This document shows positions 54,682-62,803 of a stretch of DNA of 64,000 bases, one piece after another. The number at the start of each line of letters is the position of its first letter. Within the stretch, counting starts at the first letter, position 1. The stretch spans positions 217 through 64,216 of the forward strand of contig CAYZYG010000014.1 of NCBI GenBank assembly GCA_964481395.1, given 5' to 3'. The position numbers and the translations under genes are program-made. A model generated the notes under the pieces. It did not search any database, had not been told where the DNA came from, and worked only from the letters and a program-made list of their open reading frames with translations. This DNA is from an uncultured Vicinamibacterales bacterium (GTDB lineage: Bacteria > Acidobacteriota > Vicinamibacteria > Vicinamibacterales > JAKQTR01).

Positions 54682-57171
54682 CTATCGGTACAGCAGATGG
54701 GCCGCGCGAAGAAGCCGCCACCGCGCCTCGGCCCGCCCCCACGAGGCGGCGATCTCGGCGGCCGTCTGACCTGACCGGATGCGCCTCACGGTGTCTGCCC
54801 CGAACAGCCGGCCCACCTGATCCACATTGAACGAGTGCGGGTACAGCCGGAACAGCGCGACCGCCAGTTCGATGCCGAGTCTGACAGGACGCAGCCGCGC
54901 GCGGTCGGTGACGACGATGAACACGCCCCCGCAGGATTCCTTCGCGTAACGGGATGCGGTGGGCGTGAAGCGGAGGGGATAGAAGCGCACGCCGGGGATA
55001 GCGCGGCCGTTCAGTTCGGCGGCGAGTGCCACGCCGTCGATCCACGGCGCGCCAATCTGCTCGAACGGAGTGTCGGTCCCTCGCCCCACCGAAATGTTCG
55101 ACGCTTCGATCGCGCCGACGCCCGTGTATAGGCTCGCCGCGACGAGGTTCCTCATGTTGGGTGAGGGATTGATCCACGGCAGCCCAGCCTCATCGAACCA
55201 CGCGTCGCGCGTCCAGTGCTCCAGTTTGACGACGGTCAGATCGGCGCCGATCTTTCGCTCGGCGTTGAACACCGACGCCAGCTCGCCCATCGTGAGACCG
55301 TGGCGGATCGGCATCGGCATGTACGCGGTGAAGCTCAGCTCCGTCTCGTCGATCGTGGGGCCCTCGACGGCCGCGCCCCCAATCGGGTTGACGCGGTCCA
55401 GCACCACCACGCGGATCTTCCGCTTCGCCGCCTCCTCCATGACATAGGCCATCGTCGTCATGTAGGTGTAGAAACGCGCACCGATGTCCTGCAGGTCGAT
55501 CACGAGGGTGTCGAGACCCTGGAACATCTCATCGGTCGGCCGCATCGTCGCGCCGTAGAGCGAGTGGATGGGCAGACCGGTCTTCGCGTCTACCTCCGCC
55601 GGCACGTTGTCGTCGAGGACGCCGCGGATGCCGTGTTCGGGGCTGAACAGCGACACAAGCGTTACGCCCTTGGCCGCGGCGATGAGGTCGATGGTGCTCT
55701 CACCGCCGCGTGCGATCCCGGTGTGATTCGTGACGAGCCCCACCCGCCGGCCCTGGAGCAGCGCGAAGTTGCTGGCGCGCAGGACGTCGATGCCGCTCAG
55801 CGTCCTCCCGGCTGGCTCGTCTCCGCGCACCGGGGTTGAACCGACGGCCCCGAAGTCGGAGCCGGTCCAGGTCCGTTGCCGCAGGACGCCAGCCGCCGGC
55901 ACGTTCTCCAGGGCCGCCGCCACGATCGTCGCGACGCGCGCCCGCAGGGGCGTCACGTCACCCGTCCCATCCGGGTGGACCCGGTTCGACAGAAAGACGA
56001 CAAAGGTCTCGGTGAGGGGATCGATCCAGACGGACGTGCCCGTGAACCCGGTGTGCCCGAACGATCCTATCGGCAGCAGCTCGCCCCGGTTCGACGAGTA
56101 CGACGTGTCGATGTCCCATCCGAGGCCGCGCACGTGCGGCGACGATGCGGGCGAGGCGGGAGCGGTCATCTTCGTCACCGACAGCGCCGAGAGCACGCGC
56201 GCGCCGTCCAGGACGCCGCCGTTCAGGATCATGCGGCAGTAGCGGGCGAGGTCGGCCGCTGTACTGAACAGGCCAGCGTGTCCCGCGACGCCAGCCATCC
56301 GCCTGGCCGTCGGGTCGTGCACGATACCACGGAGCATGATCTGATCGGGCCCTTCGCACGGCCATCCGTACCGCGTGCAGCGCTGCGTCGGCGCGATGCG
56401 CGGCTGCATCGACTCGGGCGGGTTGAACATCGTGTCCGCCATGCCCAGCGGCATGAAGACCCGCTCGCGGGCGAACCGGTCGAAGGGCATGCCGGACACG
56501 CGCGCGACGATCTCGCCCAGCAGGAAGAAGTTGATATCGCTGTAGACGAAACGCTCGCCCGGCGCGCTCGTCGGCACCTCTTCGGCAGCCAGTGCGATCG
56601 CCTTCTCGTACCCCACCCACGGATCCCCGAGATCGACGTCCGGCCGCAACCCCGAGACGTGCGTCAGGAGATGCCGAACCGTGATGTCGCCCTTCCCGTA
56701 GCGGCCGAAGTCGGGGATGAACGCGGCGACGCGGTCGTTGAGGCGGATCTTCCCCTCCTGCACCAGCACCATCACGCTGGTCGTTGTGGCGACGACTTTC
56801 GTCACCGAAGCCATATCGAACACCGTGTCGAGCGTCATGGCCTCTGGCTGCGGCACGAGCGCCCGCTGGCCGTACGCCTTCTGATAGACGATGCGCTGGC
56901 CGCGGCCGACGAGGAGGACCGCACCCGGGAGCTGCTTGTCCGCGATGGCCCGCTCGATGACCCGATCGGCCTCGGAGAGACGCTCGATGTTGATTCCGGT
57001 TGGAGGAGCGGGTGCCGCCTTCGATGTCTGCGCGGCGACGTGGACGCTGCCGGCTCCCAGCCCCAGCAGCAGTGCGGCAAGCGGGATACGGATGTTTCGC
57101 ACAGCGACCCTCCCGACCAGTGAAGAACCCGCTGTCGGCGGACGAGGCCGACTAAGTGCTTCGACTCGCAA
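54682..57171 (-). CDS. fusion of a beta-lactamase-fold serine hydrolase with a DUF1343 (NamZ-like exo-muramidase) domain
   Basis: The N-terminal half has DMASVTKVV (SxxK), YSDINF and GHTGFTGT. The C-terminal half has DUF1343 motifs GLVTNHTG, LFSPEHGIRG, DLQDIGARFYTYMTT and LDRVNP. The exact start is uncertain. Confidence 0.85.
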   Translation of the reverse strand: MRVEALSRPRPPTAGSSLVGRVAVRNIRIPLAALLLGLGAGSVHVAAQTSKAAPAPPTGINIERLSEADRVIERAIADKQLPGAVLLVGRGQRIVYQKAYGQRALVPQPEAMTLDTVFDMASVTKVVATTTSVMVLVQEGKIRLNDRVAAFIPDFGRYGKGDITVRHLLTHVSGLRPDVDLGDPWVGYEKAIALAAEEVPTSAPGERFVYSDINFFLLGEIVARVSGMPFDRFARERVFMPLGMADTMFNPPESMQPRIAPTQRCTRYGWPCEGPDQIMLRGIVHDPTARRMAGVAGHAGLFSTAADLARYCRMILNGGVLDGARVLSALSVTKMTAPASPASSPHVRGLGWDIDTSYSSNRGELLPIGSFGHTGFTGTSVWIDPLTETFVVFLSNRVHPDGTGDVTPLRARVATIVAAALENVPAAGVLRQRTWTGSDFGAVGSTPVRGDEPAGRTLSGIDVLRASNFALLQGRRVGLVTNHTGIARGGESTIDLIAAAKGVTLVSLFSPEHGIRGVLDDNVPAEVDAKTGLPIHSLYGATMRPTDEMFQGLDTLVIDLQDIGARFYTYMTTMAYVMEEAAKRKIRVVVLDRVNPIGGAAVEGPTIDETELSFTAYMPMPIRHGLTMGELASVFNAERKIGADLTVVKLEHWTRDAWFDEAGLPWINPSPNMRNLVAASLYTGVGAIEASNISVGRGTDTPFEQIGAPWIDGVALAAELNGRAIPGVRFYPLRFTPTASRYAKESCGGVFIVVTDRARLRPVRLGIELAVALFRLYPHSFNVDQVGRLFGADTVRRIRSGQTAAEIAASWGRAEARWRLLRAAHLLYR

Positions 57172-57339
57172 GTTCGGCGACGTATAGCGGTCGAGCGTCG
57201 AGACCTTTTCGCTCGCTCAGCACTCAGTCCTGAGGGCGCAAGGATCGTTGCCGTGCCTTCGCCTCGAAGAACTGAGAGGCCAACGCCCTGGCGGGAGCCC
57301 GCCCGGCGCCGCCCGCGCGGTCGTGACGCGCGTCCTTCC

Positions 57340-57374
57340 GCCTACTGTCTACTATCTACTGTCTACTATCTACT
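57340..57374. repeat. heptamer array, GTCTACT/ATCTACT-type, 5 units
   Basis: gcctact gtctact atctact gtctact atctact, in a divergent intergenic region. Confidence 0.9.
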
Positions 57375-57416
57375 GTCCCGTGCCCGTACGCTAACATAAA
57401 CCCAGGAATCCCGATC

Positions 57417-58130
57417 ATGCGCCTTTTCACCTTCTCGCTGGCGGTCGTCCTAGCCCTCGCGTCCGTCTCTGAAGCCCAGGTGGCCAGGATCCGCGGCACG
57501 GTCAGGACCGATCAGGGCGAGCCCGTCAAAGGGGCCGTCGTCACCGCGCGCAGCGCGATGGCGCAGCCCAACGAGTTCACGTCGAGCACGAACGACAAGG
57601 GCGAATGGGCCATGCTCGGCCTCCGCTCGGGCATCTGGTCCATCGCGGTGACGGCCGACGGGTTCGAGACCGCGCAGGGCGACGTGCGCGTATCGTCGTT
57701 CGATCGCAGCCGGAGCTTCGACTTCGTGCTGGCGCCCGTGCGCCAGGGATCGGGAGGCCGGATCGATGCGGCGGCGCTGCAGGCGGATCTGAAAGTCGCG
57801 GACGACCACGCCGCAGCAGCGAGATGGGCCGAGGCGATCGACGCCTACCGCGCGGTGCTGCGGAAGGTGCCGGCTCTCACATCCGTCTACCTGCCGCTGG
57901 GGCGCGCCTGCCGAGAGGCCGGCCGTCACCGCGAGGCTGTCGAGGCCTTCAAGACCTATCTGGAGCTGCACCCGGGCCACCAGACCGCCTTCGTCGAACT
58001 GGGCCGGACGTATCTCGCGACCAGCGACGCGGCTGCTGCCCTTGCGGCGCTGACCAGCGCCGTTGAGGCCGACCCGTCGAGTACCGCCGCTGCCACGGCG
58101 CGCACGCTGCTCGAACAGATCAAGAAGTAG
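57417..58130 (+). CDS. secreted CarboxypepD_reg-like domain + TPR protein
   Basis: Signal peptide MRLFTFSLAVVLALASVSEAQ, RIRGTVRTDQGEPVKGAVV...GIWSIAV, and C-terminal TPR-like helices. Confidence 0.75.
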   Translation: MRLFTFSLAVVLALASVSEAQVARIRGTVRTDQGEPVKGAVVTARSAMAQPNEFTSSTNDKGEWAMLGLRSGIWSIAVTADGFETAQGDVRVSSFDRSRSFDFVLAPVRQGSGGRIDAAALQADLKVADDHAAAARWAEAIDAYRAVLRKVPALTSVYLPLGRACREAGRHREAVEAFKTYLELHPGHQTAFVELGRTYLATSDAAAALAALTSAVEADPSSTAAATARTLLEQIKK

Positions 58131-58135
58131 GCATC

Positions 58136-60400
58136 GTGGCCAAGCGAAAGACCCCGCGACGTCCCGCCCCGTCGCCTTCCCCGAGGGCTGTCGGGCCAGC
58201 GTCCACCGGGCGGCGGCGCTGGTGGATCGCCCTGCCTGCGGCAGCGGCCCTGGCGGCAATCGCGTGGGGTGTCTGGTCTGTCTCCGGCGGCCGCGCTCCG
58301 GCGCCAGGCCCGATCGTCCTGGTCTCCATCGACACGCTCAGGGCCGACCGCCTGCCGATCTACGGCTACACGAAGGTGACCACGCCCGCGATCGACCGGC
58401 TCGCCGCTGACGGCGTCGTCTTCGACTACGCGTGGGCCCACTCGCCGCAGACGCTGCCGTCACACGCGTCCATCTTCACCGGACTGCTGCCCTTCGAGCA
58501 CGGCGTGCGCGACAACATGGGCTTCACCGTCAAGGACGGGGCCGAGACCATGGCCGGCCTGCTCCGCGCGCGCGGGTACGCCACCGGCGGCTTCGTCTCC
58601 GCCTACGTGATGCGGCGCGACACGGGCATCGCCCAGGGCTTCGACACGTACGACGACCACCTGCCGCCCACCTCACCGGAGAAGGCGACCGGCGAGGTCC
58701 AGCGCGACGGGGCCGACACGCTCCTGGCGGCCGACGCATGGCTCGACGGTCTGGCGTCGGACCGGTTCTTCCTCTTCCTGCATCTGTACGAGCCGCATTC
58801 CCCGTATACGCCGCCGGAGCGTTTCTCCCGGTACGATCCGTACGACGGCGAGATCGCTTACGCGGACGAACTCGTGGGCCGCCTCGTCGACTCGCTCAAG
58901 CGCCGCGGCCTGTACGACGCGGCGACGATCATCGTCCTGTCGGATCACGGCGAGGGGCTGGGCGACCACGGCGAGATGGAGCACGGTATCTTCGTCTACA
59001 GCGAGACGATCAAGGTGCCGCTCGTCGTGAAGCTGCCGCGCGGGGCGGAGGCCGGCCGGCGCGTCGCCGATCCCGTGCAGCACATCGATCTCGTCCCCAC
59101 GCTGCTCGATCTGTCGGGCGGGTCCTCCGGAAGCGGCCACCGCGGCCGCTCGCTGCTGCCGGCGATGCGAGGCCGCGCTATTCCCGAGCAGGGGCTGTAC
59201 GCCGAGGCCCTGTATTCGCGGTTCCATTTCGGCTGGAGCGAGCTGTACGCCCTGACGGACGCGCGCTATCGGTTCATCCGCGCTCCGCGGGACGAACTCT
59301 ACGACCTGCAGCGGGACCCTCGGGAGCGCGAGAACATCGCGGCGGCGCGGGAGACCACGCGCGTGGCCATGCGACAGGCGCTCGATGGGCTGCTGGCCGG
59401 GCGCGACATCGAGGCCCCGGCGGCGGTGTCGGCTGAGGATCGCGAAGCGCTGCGCGCGCTGGGGTACGTCGGCATGCAGGCCACGGTGAGCGATACCGCC
59501 GGCGCCGACTCGCTGCCGGATCCGAAGGACAAGGTGCAGGTGCTGGCCGACTACCGGGACGGTCTGGAGCTCGTGCGCAGCGGACGCGCCGCCGAGGCCA
59601 TCGGCCTGTTCGAGCGGATGGTCGCCGAGAACCCCGGCATGGGCGACGTGTGGAACGAGATTGCCGGACTGTTCGTCGTCCAGGGCCGTCTGGAAGACGC
59701 GCTGGTCGCCTACCGGCGCCTGGTCGAAGTCGCGCCGTACGACCCGGCAGCCCTCGTGAGTGTGGCGCAGGTGCTCGTCGAACTCGGCCGGCTGGACGAG
59801 GCCCGAGCCCAGGCCGAGCAGGCCGTGAAGATGCTCCCCGCGACCGAGGGGCGCTGGCTGGCATCCGCGCACAAGATGATCATGCGCGTCGCGCTCGCGG
59901 AGAACGACCAGGCTGCCGCCCGCGCCGCGGCGGCCCGGGCCGAGCAGGCCGACGCGTCGTTTCCGATGATCGACTACTGCGAGGGCCTGATCCGGTACAA
60001 CGCCGGGCAGTACCGCGAGGCGCTGCCGTACTTCGAGGCCGCGATCCGCAGGAGCGCCGGCCGCACGTTCCAGGTCCCCGACCTCCGGTACTACGCCGGC
60101 GACACGCTCGGGCACCTCGAGCGCCTCGGCGACGCCGAGCGGTTGTTCAACGAGGAACTCGTGCTCTTCCCGAACAGCCTGCGGGCCACGTCCGGGCTCG
60201 CCATGGTGTATCGCGCGCAGGGGAGAGCCGACGCCTCGAATCGCGCGATCGAGCAGATGCTGAGGCGGACGCCAACGCTCCAGGCGTTCGAACTGGCCGG
60301 CAAGCTGTGGACGATGTTCGGGGAAACCGCGCGGGCAGAGGCCGCGCGCGCCTCGCAGCGGAAGGCGCAGGCCGAACTCGCGTCGCGCGGCCGCGACTGA
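58136..60400 (+). CDS. membrane-anchored sulfatase-like (alkaline phosphatase superfamily) protein with C-terminal TPR repeats
   Basis: Basic N-terminus plus a TM helix. Motifs: VSIDTLRADRL, HSPQTLPSHASIFTG, VLSDHGEGLGDHGE. TPR repeats run from about residue 480. Confidence 0.85.
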   Translation: MAKRKTPRRPAPSPSPRAVGPASTGRRRWWIALPAAAALAAIAWGVWSVSGGRAPAPGPIVLVSIDTLRADRLPIYGYTKVTTPAIDRLAADGVVFDYAWAHSPQTLPSHASIFTGLLPFEHGVRDNMGFTVKDGAETMAGLLRARGYATGGFVSAYVMRRDTGIAQGFDTYDDHLPPTSPEKATGEVQRDGADTLLAADAWLDGLASDRFFLFLHLYEPHSPYTPPERFSRYDPYDGEIAYADELVGRLVDSLKRRGLYDAATIIVLSDHGEGLGDHGEMEHGIFVYSETIKVPLVVKLPRGAEAGRRVADPVQHIDLVPTLLDLSGGSSGSGHRGRSLLPAMRGRAIPEQGLYAEALYSRFHFGWSELYALTDARYRFIRAPRDELYDLQRDPRERENIAAARETTRVAMRQALDGLLAGRDIEAPAAVSAEDREALRALGYVGMQATVSDTAGADSLPDPKDKVQVLADYRDGLELVRSGRAAEAIGLFERMVAENPGMGDVWNEIAGLFVVQGRLEDALVAYRRLVEVAPYDPAALVSVAQVLVELGRLDEARAQAEQAVKMLPATEGRWLASAHKMIMRVALAENDQAAARAAAARAEQADASFPMIDYCEGLIRYNAGQYREALPYFEAAIRRSAGRTFQVPDLRYYAGDTLGHLERLGDAERLFNEELVLFPNSLRATSGLAMVYRAQGRADASNRAIEQMLRRTPTLQAFELAGKLWTMFGETARAEAARASQRKAQAELASRGRD

Positions 60401-60410
60401 CGGGAAGGCC

Positions 60411-62609
60411 ATGTCCAAGCGCAAGCGATCCGCACCGTCGCCGTCGCCGCCGGAACCGGCGGCCGCGCCAGCCGGCCGGCGTCCGCGCCGCCTGCGCGCC
60501 TGGTGGATGTTCGGTGGGGTGGCGCTCGTCGCCGCTGGAGCCGCGTGGTGCGTCTGGCCCGGAGAAACCCGCCTCGAGATCACGCGGACGCCGGATCAGA
60601 ACGTCCTAATCGTCACGATCGACACGTTGCGCGCCGACGCCCTGGGGTCGTACGGCGGTCGAGCCGCGACGCCCCATCTCGATCGCCTGGCTGCCGACGG
60701 CGTCCGGTACGACTTCGCCCACGCGCACAGCGTGGTCACGCTGCCGTCGCACGTCAGCATCCTGACTGGCTTGTACCCGTTCCAGCACGGCGTCCGTGAC
60801 AACGCCGGATTCCGAGTGCCGGCGGGCACCGAGACGCTGGCCACGCGGCTGCGATCGCAGGGGTTCGCCACCGGCGCCTTCATCGGCGCGTTCCCGCTCG
60901 ACTCGCAGTTCGGTCTCGATTCCGGCTTCGACGTGTACGACGACCGGCTCAATGAGGTGTCGGGCCCTTCCGACTTTGCGTTCAGCGAGCGCCGCGCGGA
61001 CGAGGTGGTCACGTCAGCCCTGACGTGGCTCGAGGAACGCCCGGGCAAGTGGTTCGCATGGGTGCACGTGTACGATCCGCACGCACCGGCCAGCCCGCCG
61101 GAACCGTTCGCCACGCAGTACGCGAATAACCTCTACGCCGGAGAGGTCGCGTTCACCGACGCCGCGCTCGGGCCGCTCTTCGATCGCGTGCGCGCCATCC
61201 GCGGCCGCCCCACCCTCGCCGTGATCGCTCGTTACCACGACGAGGGCCTCGGCGACCACGGCGAGCCGACCCACGGCGTGTTCGCGTACGAGCCGACCCT
61301 CCGCGTGCCGCTCATCGTGGCGCAGTACCAGGACGGTCAGCCCACCAGAGGATCGCTCGGCCGCCGGCCCCGGGTGTCCCATCTGGCGGCCCAGCACGTG
61401 GACATCCTGCCGACAATCGCTGACGCACTGGCGCTCGACTGGCCGGGGGAACGGCCCGGCCGTTCCCTGACGGGACAGACGCAGGCGAGCGCCGCGCTGC
61501 GCGCGTCGTACTTCGAGGCGCTGTCGCCGTCGCTGAACCGCGGATGGGCTCCACTGACCGGAGTCATGGTCGATCGCGACAAGTTCATCGACTTGCCCTT
61601 GCCCGAGTTGTACGACCTGGGCCGCGATCCCGGCGAGCAGACGAATCTCATCGATCGCGTCGATCGGCGGCGCCTGCTCGAGGTCCGGCTCCGGGAGTTC
61701 GGTCCGACCGCGCCAGGCGATCGTCGGGTCGAAGATCCGGAGACGGCGGCCCGCCTCCGGGCCCTCGGATACACCTCCGGAACCGCAGCGCCCCGCAAGG
61801 CCTACACGGAGGAGGACGACCCCAAGCGGTTGATCGCCATCGACCGCGACATGCAGCGGGCTATTGAGCTGTTCCAGGCCCGCCGCCTGGCCGAGGCGGC
61901 CGGCATCTACCGCGGCATCATCGAGCGGCGTCCCGACATGGCGATCGCCTATCAGCACCTCGCCTTCCTTCAGTGGGAGTCCGGCCAGCCGGAGATGGCC
62001 ATCACCACGCTCACACTGGCGCGGCAGAAGGCCGGCGAGAGCGCGGAGACCGATACGCTGCTCGGGATGTACCTCTCGGAGAGCGGGCGCGCGGCCGAGG
62101 CCCTGCCACTGCTCGAACGGACGGTCCTGCTCCCGGACGCGGGCGTGGACGCCCTCAATGCGCTGGGCATTGCCTACGAACGGACGGGCCAGCCCGAGAA
62201 GGCCGCCGAGACGTTTGAACGCCTGCTCGACGTGGATCCCCGCAACGCCATGGCCGTCCAGAATCTCGGCTCGGTTCACCTCGCCTGGAACAGGCTCGAC
62301 GAAGCGGAGCGCGCCTTCCAGCGGGCGCTCGACATCAACCCCTCGTGGGCGGCCGCGTACACCGGCCTGGGCGCCGTGCTCGCCAAGCGTGGGGATCAGC
62401 CCGGCGCCATCGACGCCTGGACGAAGGCGGTGGCGCTCAGTCCGTCCGAGTTCGACGCGCTCTTCAACCTCGCGACGGAACTCATCAACGCGGGCCGGGA
62501 GCGCGAGGCCCGCCCGTACGTCGAGCGGTTCGTGCGCACGGCCCCGCCGGCGTTCTACGGCCCCGACATCGCCCGGCTCCGCGCCTGGCTCGGTGCTTCG
62601 GTTCGATAG
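60411..62609 (+). CDS. paralogous membrane-anchored sulfatase-like TPR protein
   Basis: Same architecture as the gene upstream, 10-bp gap. Motifs: VTIDTLRADAL and HSVVTLPSHVSILTG. It has IARYHDEGLGDHGE in place of LSDHGEGLGDHGE. Confidence 0.85.
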   Translation: MSKRKRSAPSPSPPEPAAAPAGRRPRRLRAWWMFGGVALVAAGAAWCVWPGETRLEITRTPDQNVLIVTIDTLRADALGSYGGRAATPHLDRLAADGVRYDFAHAHSVVTLPSHVSILTGLYPFQHGVRDNAGFRVPAGTETLATRLRSQGFATGAFIGAFPLDSQFGLDSGFDVYDDRLNEVSGPSDFAFSERRADEVVTSALTWLEERPGKWFAWVHVYDPHAPASPPEPFATQYANNLYAGEVAFTDAALGPLFDRVRAIRGRPTLAVIARYHDEGLGDHGEPTHGVFAYEPTLRVPLIVAQYQDGQPTRGSLGRRPRVSHLAAQHVDILPTIADALALDWPGERPGRSLTGQTQASAALRASYFEALSPSLNRGWAPLTGVMVDRDKFIDLPLPELYDLGRDPGEQTNLIDRVDRRRLLEVRLREFGPTAPGDRRVEDPETAARLRALGYTSGTAAPRKAYTEEDDPKRLIAIDRDMQRAIELFQARRLAEAAGIYRGIIERRPDMAIAYQHLAFLQWESGQPEMAITTLTLARQKAGESAETDTLLGMYLSESGRAAEALPLLERTVLLPDAGVDALNALGIAYERTGQPEKAAETFERLLDVDPRNAMAVQNLGSVHLAWNRLDEAERAFQRALDINPSWAAAYTGLGAVLAKRGDQPGAIDAWTKAVALSPSEFDALFNLATELINAGREREARPYVERFVRTAPPAFYGPDIARLRAWLGASVR

Positions 62610-62684
62610 ACGTCTACGCCCCGCCGCAGGCGGGGCAACGAAACACTGTCAGTTGGCAAGGTGGAGCCGCTCCCACGTGGCGCG

Positions 62685-62747
62685 GTCGGCGACCGGGCCC
62701 TACCGCATCGGGTACGGTAGGGCTGGCTCGCCGAGCCCGCCGGACAC
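62685..62747. repeat. triple-hairpin GC-rich miniature repeat, copy 2 (inverted)
   Basis: ggtcggcgaccgggccctaccgcatcgggtacggtagggctggctcgccgagcccgccggacac. Confidence 0.85.
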
Positions 62748-62803
62748 GCTGAAGGCTGGTAAGATCAGGTGTGAGCCCTGCCCGTCAGCGCCGGAGTGAC
62801 AAC

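Noticed and set aside
52078-62279. Long ORFs 52078..54408 (776 aa), 55876..57123, 58673..60583 (636 aa) and 61014..62279 (421 aa)
   Set aside because: They are antisense to the Oar-like receptor, the NamZ fusion and the two sulfatase-like genes, and have no motifs. These are typical high-GC shadow ORFs.
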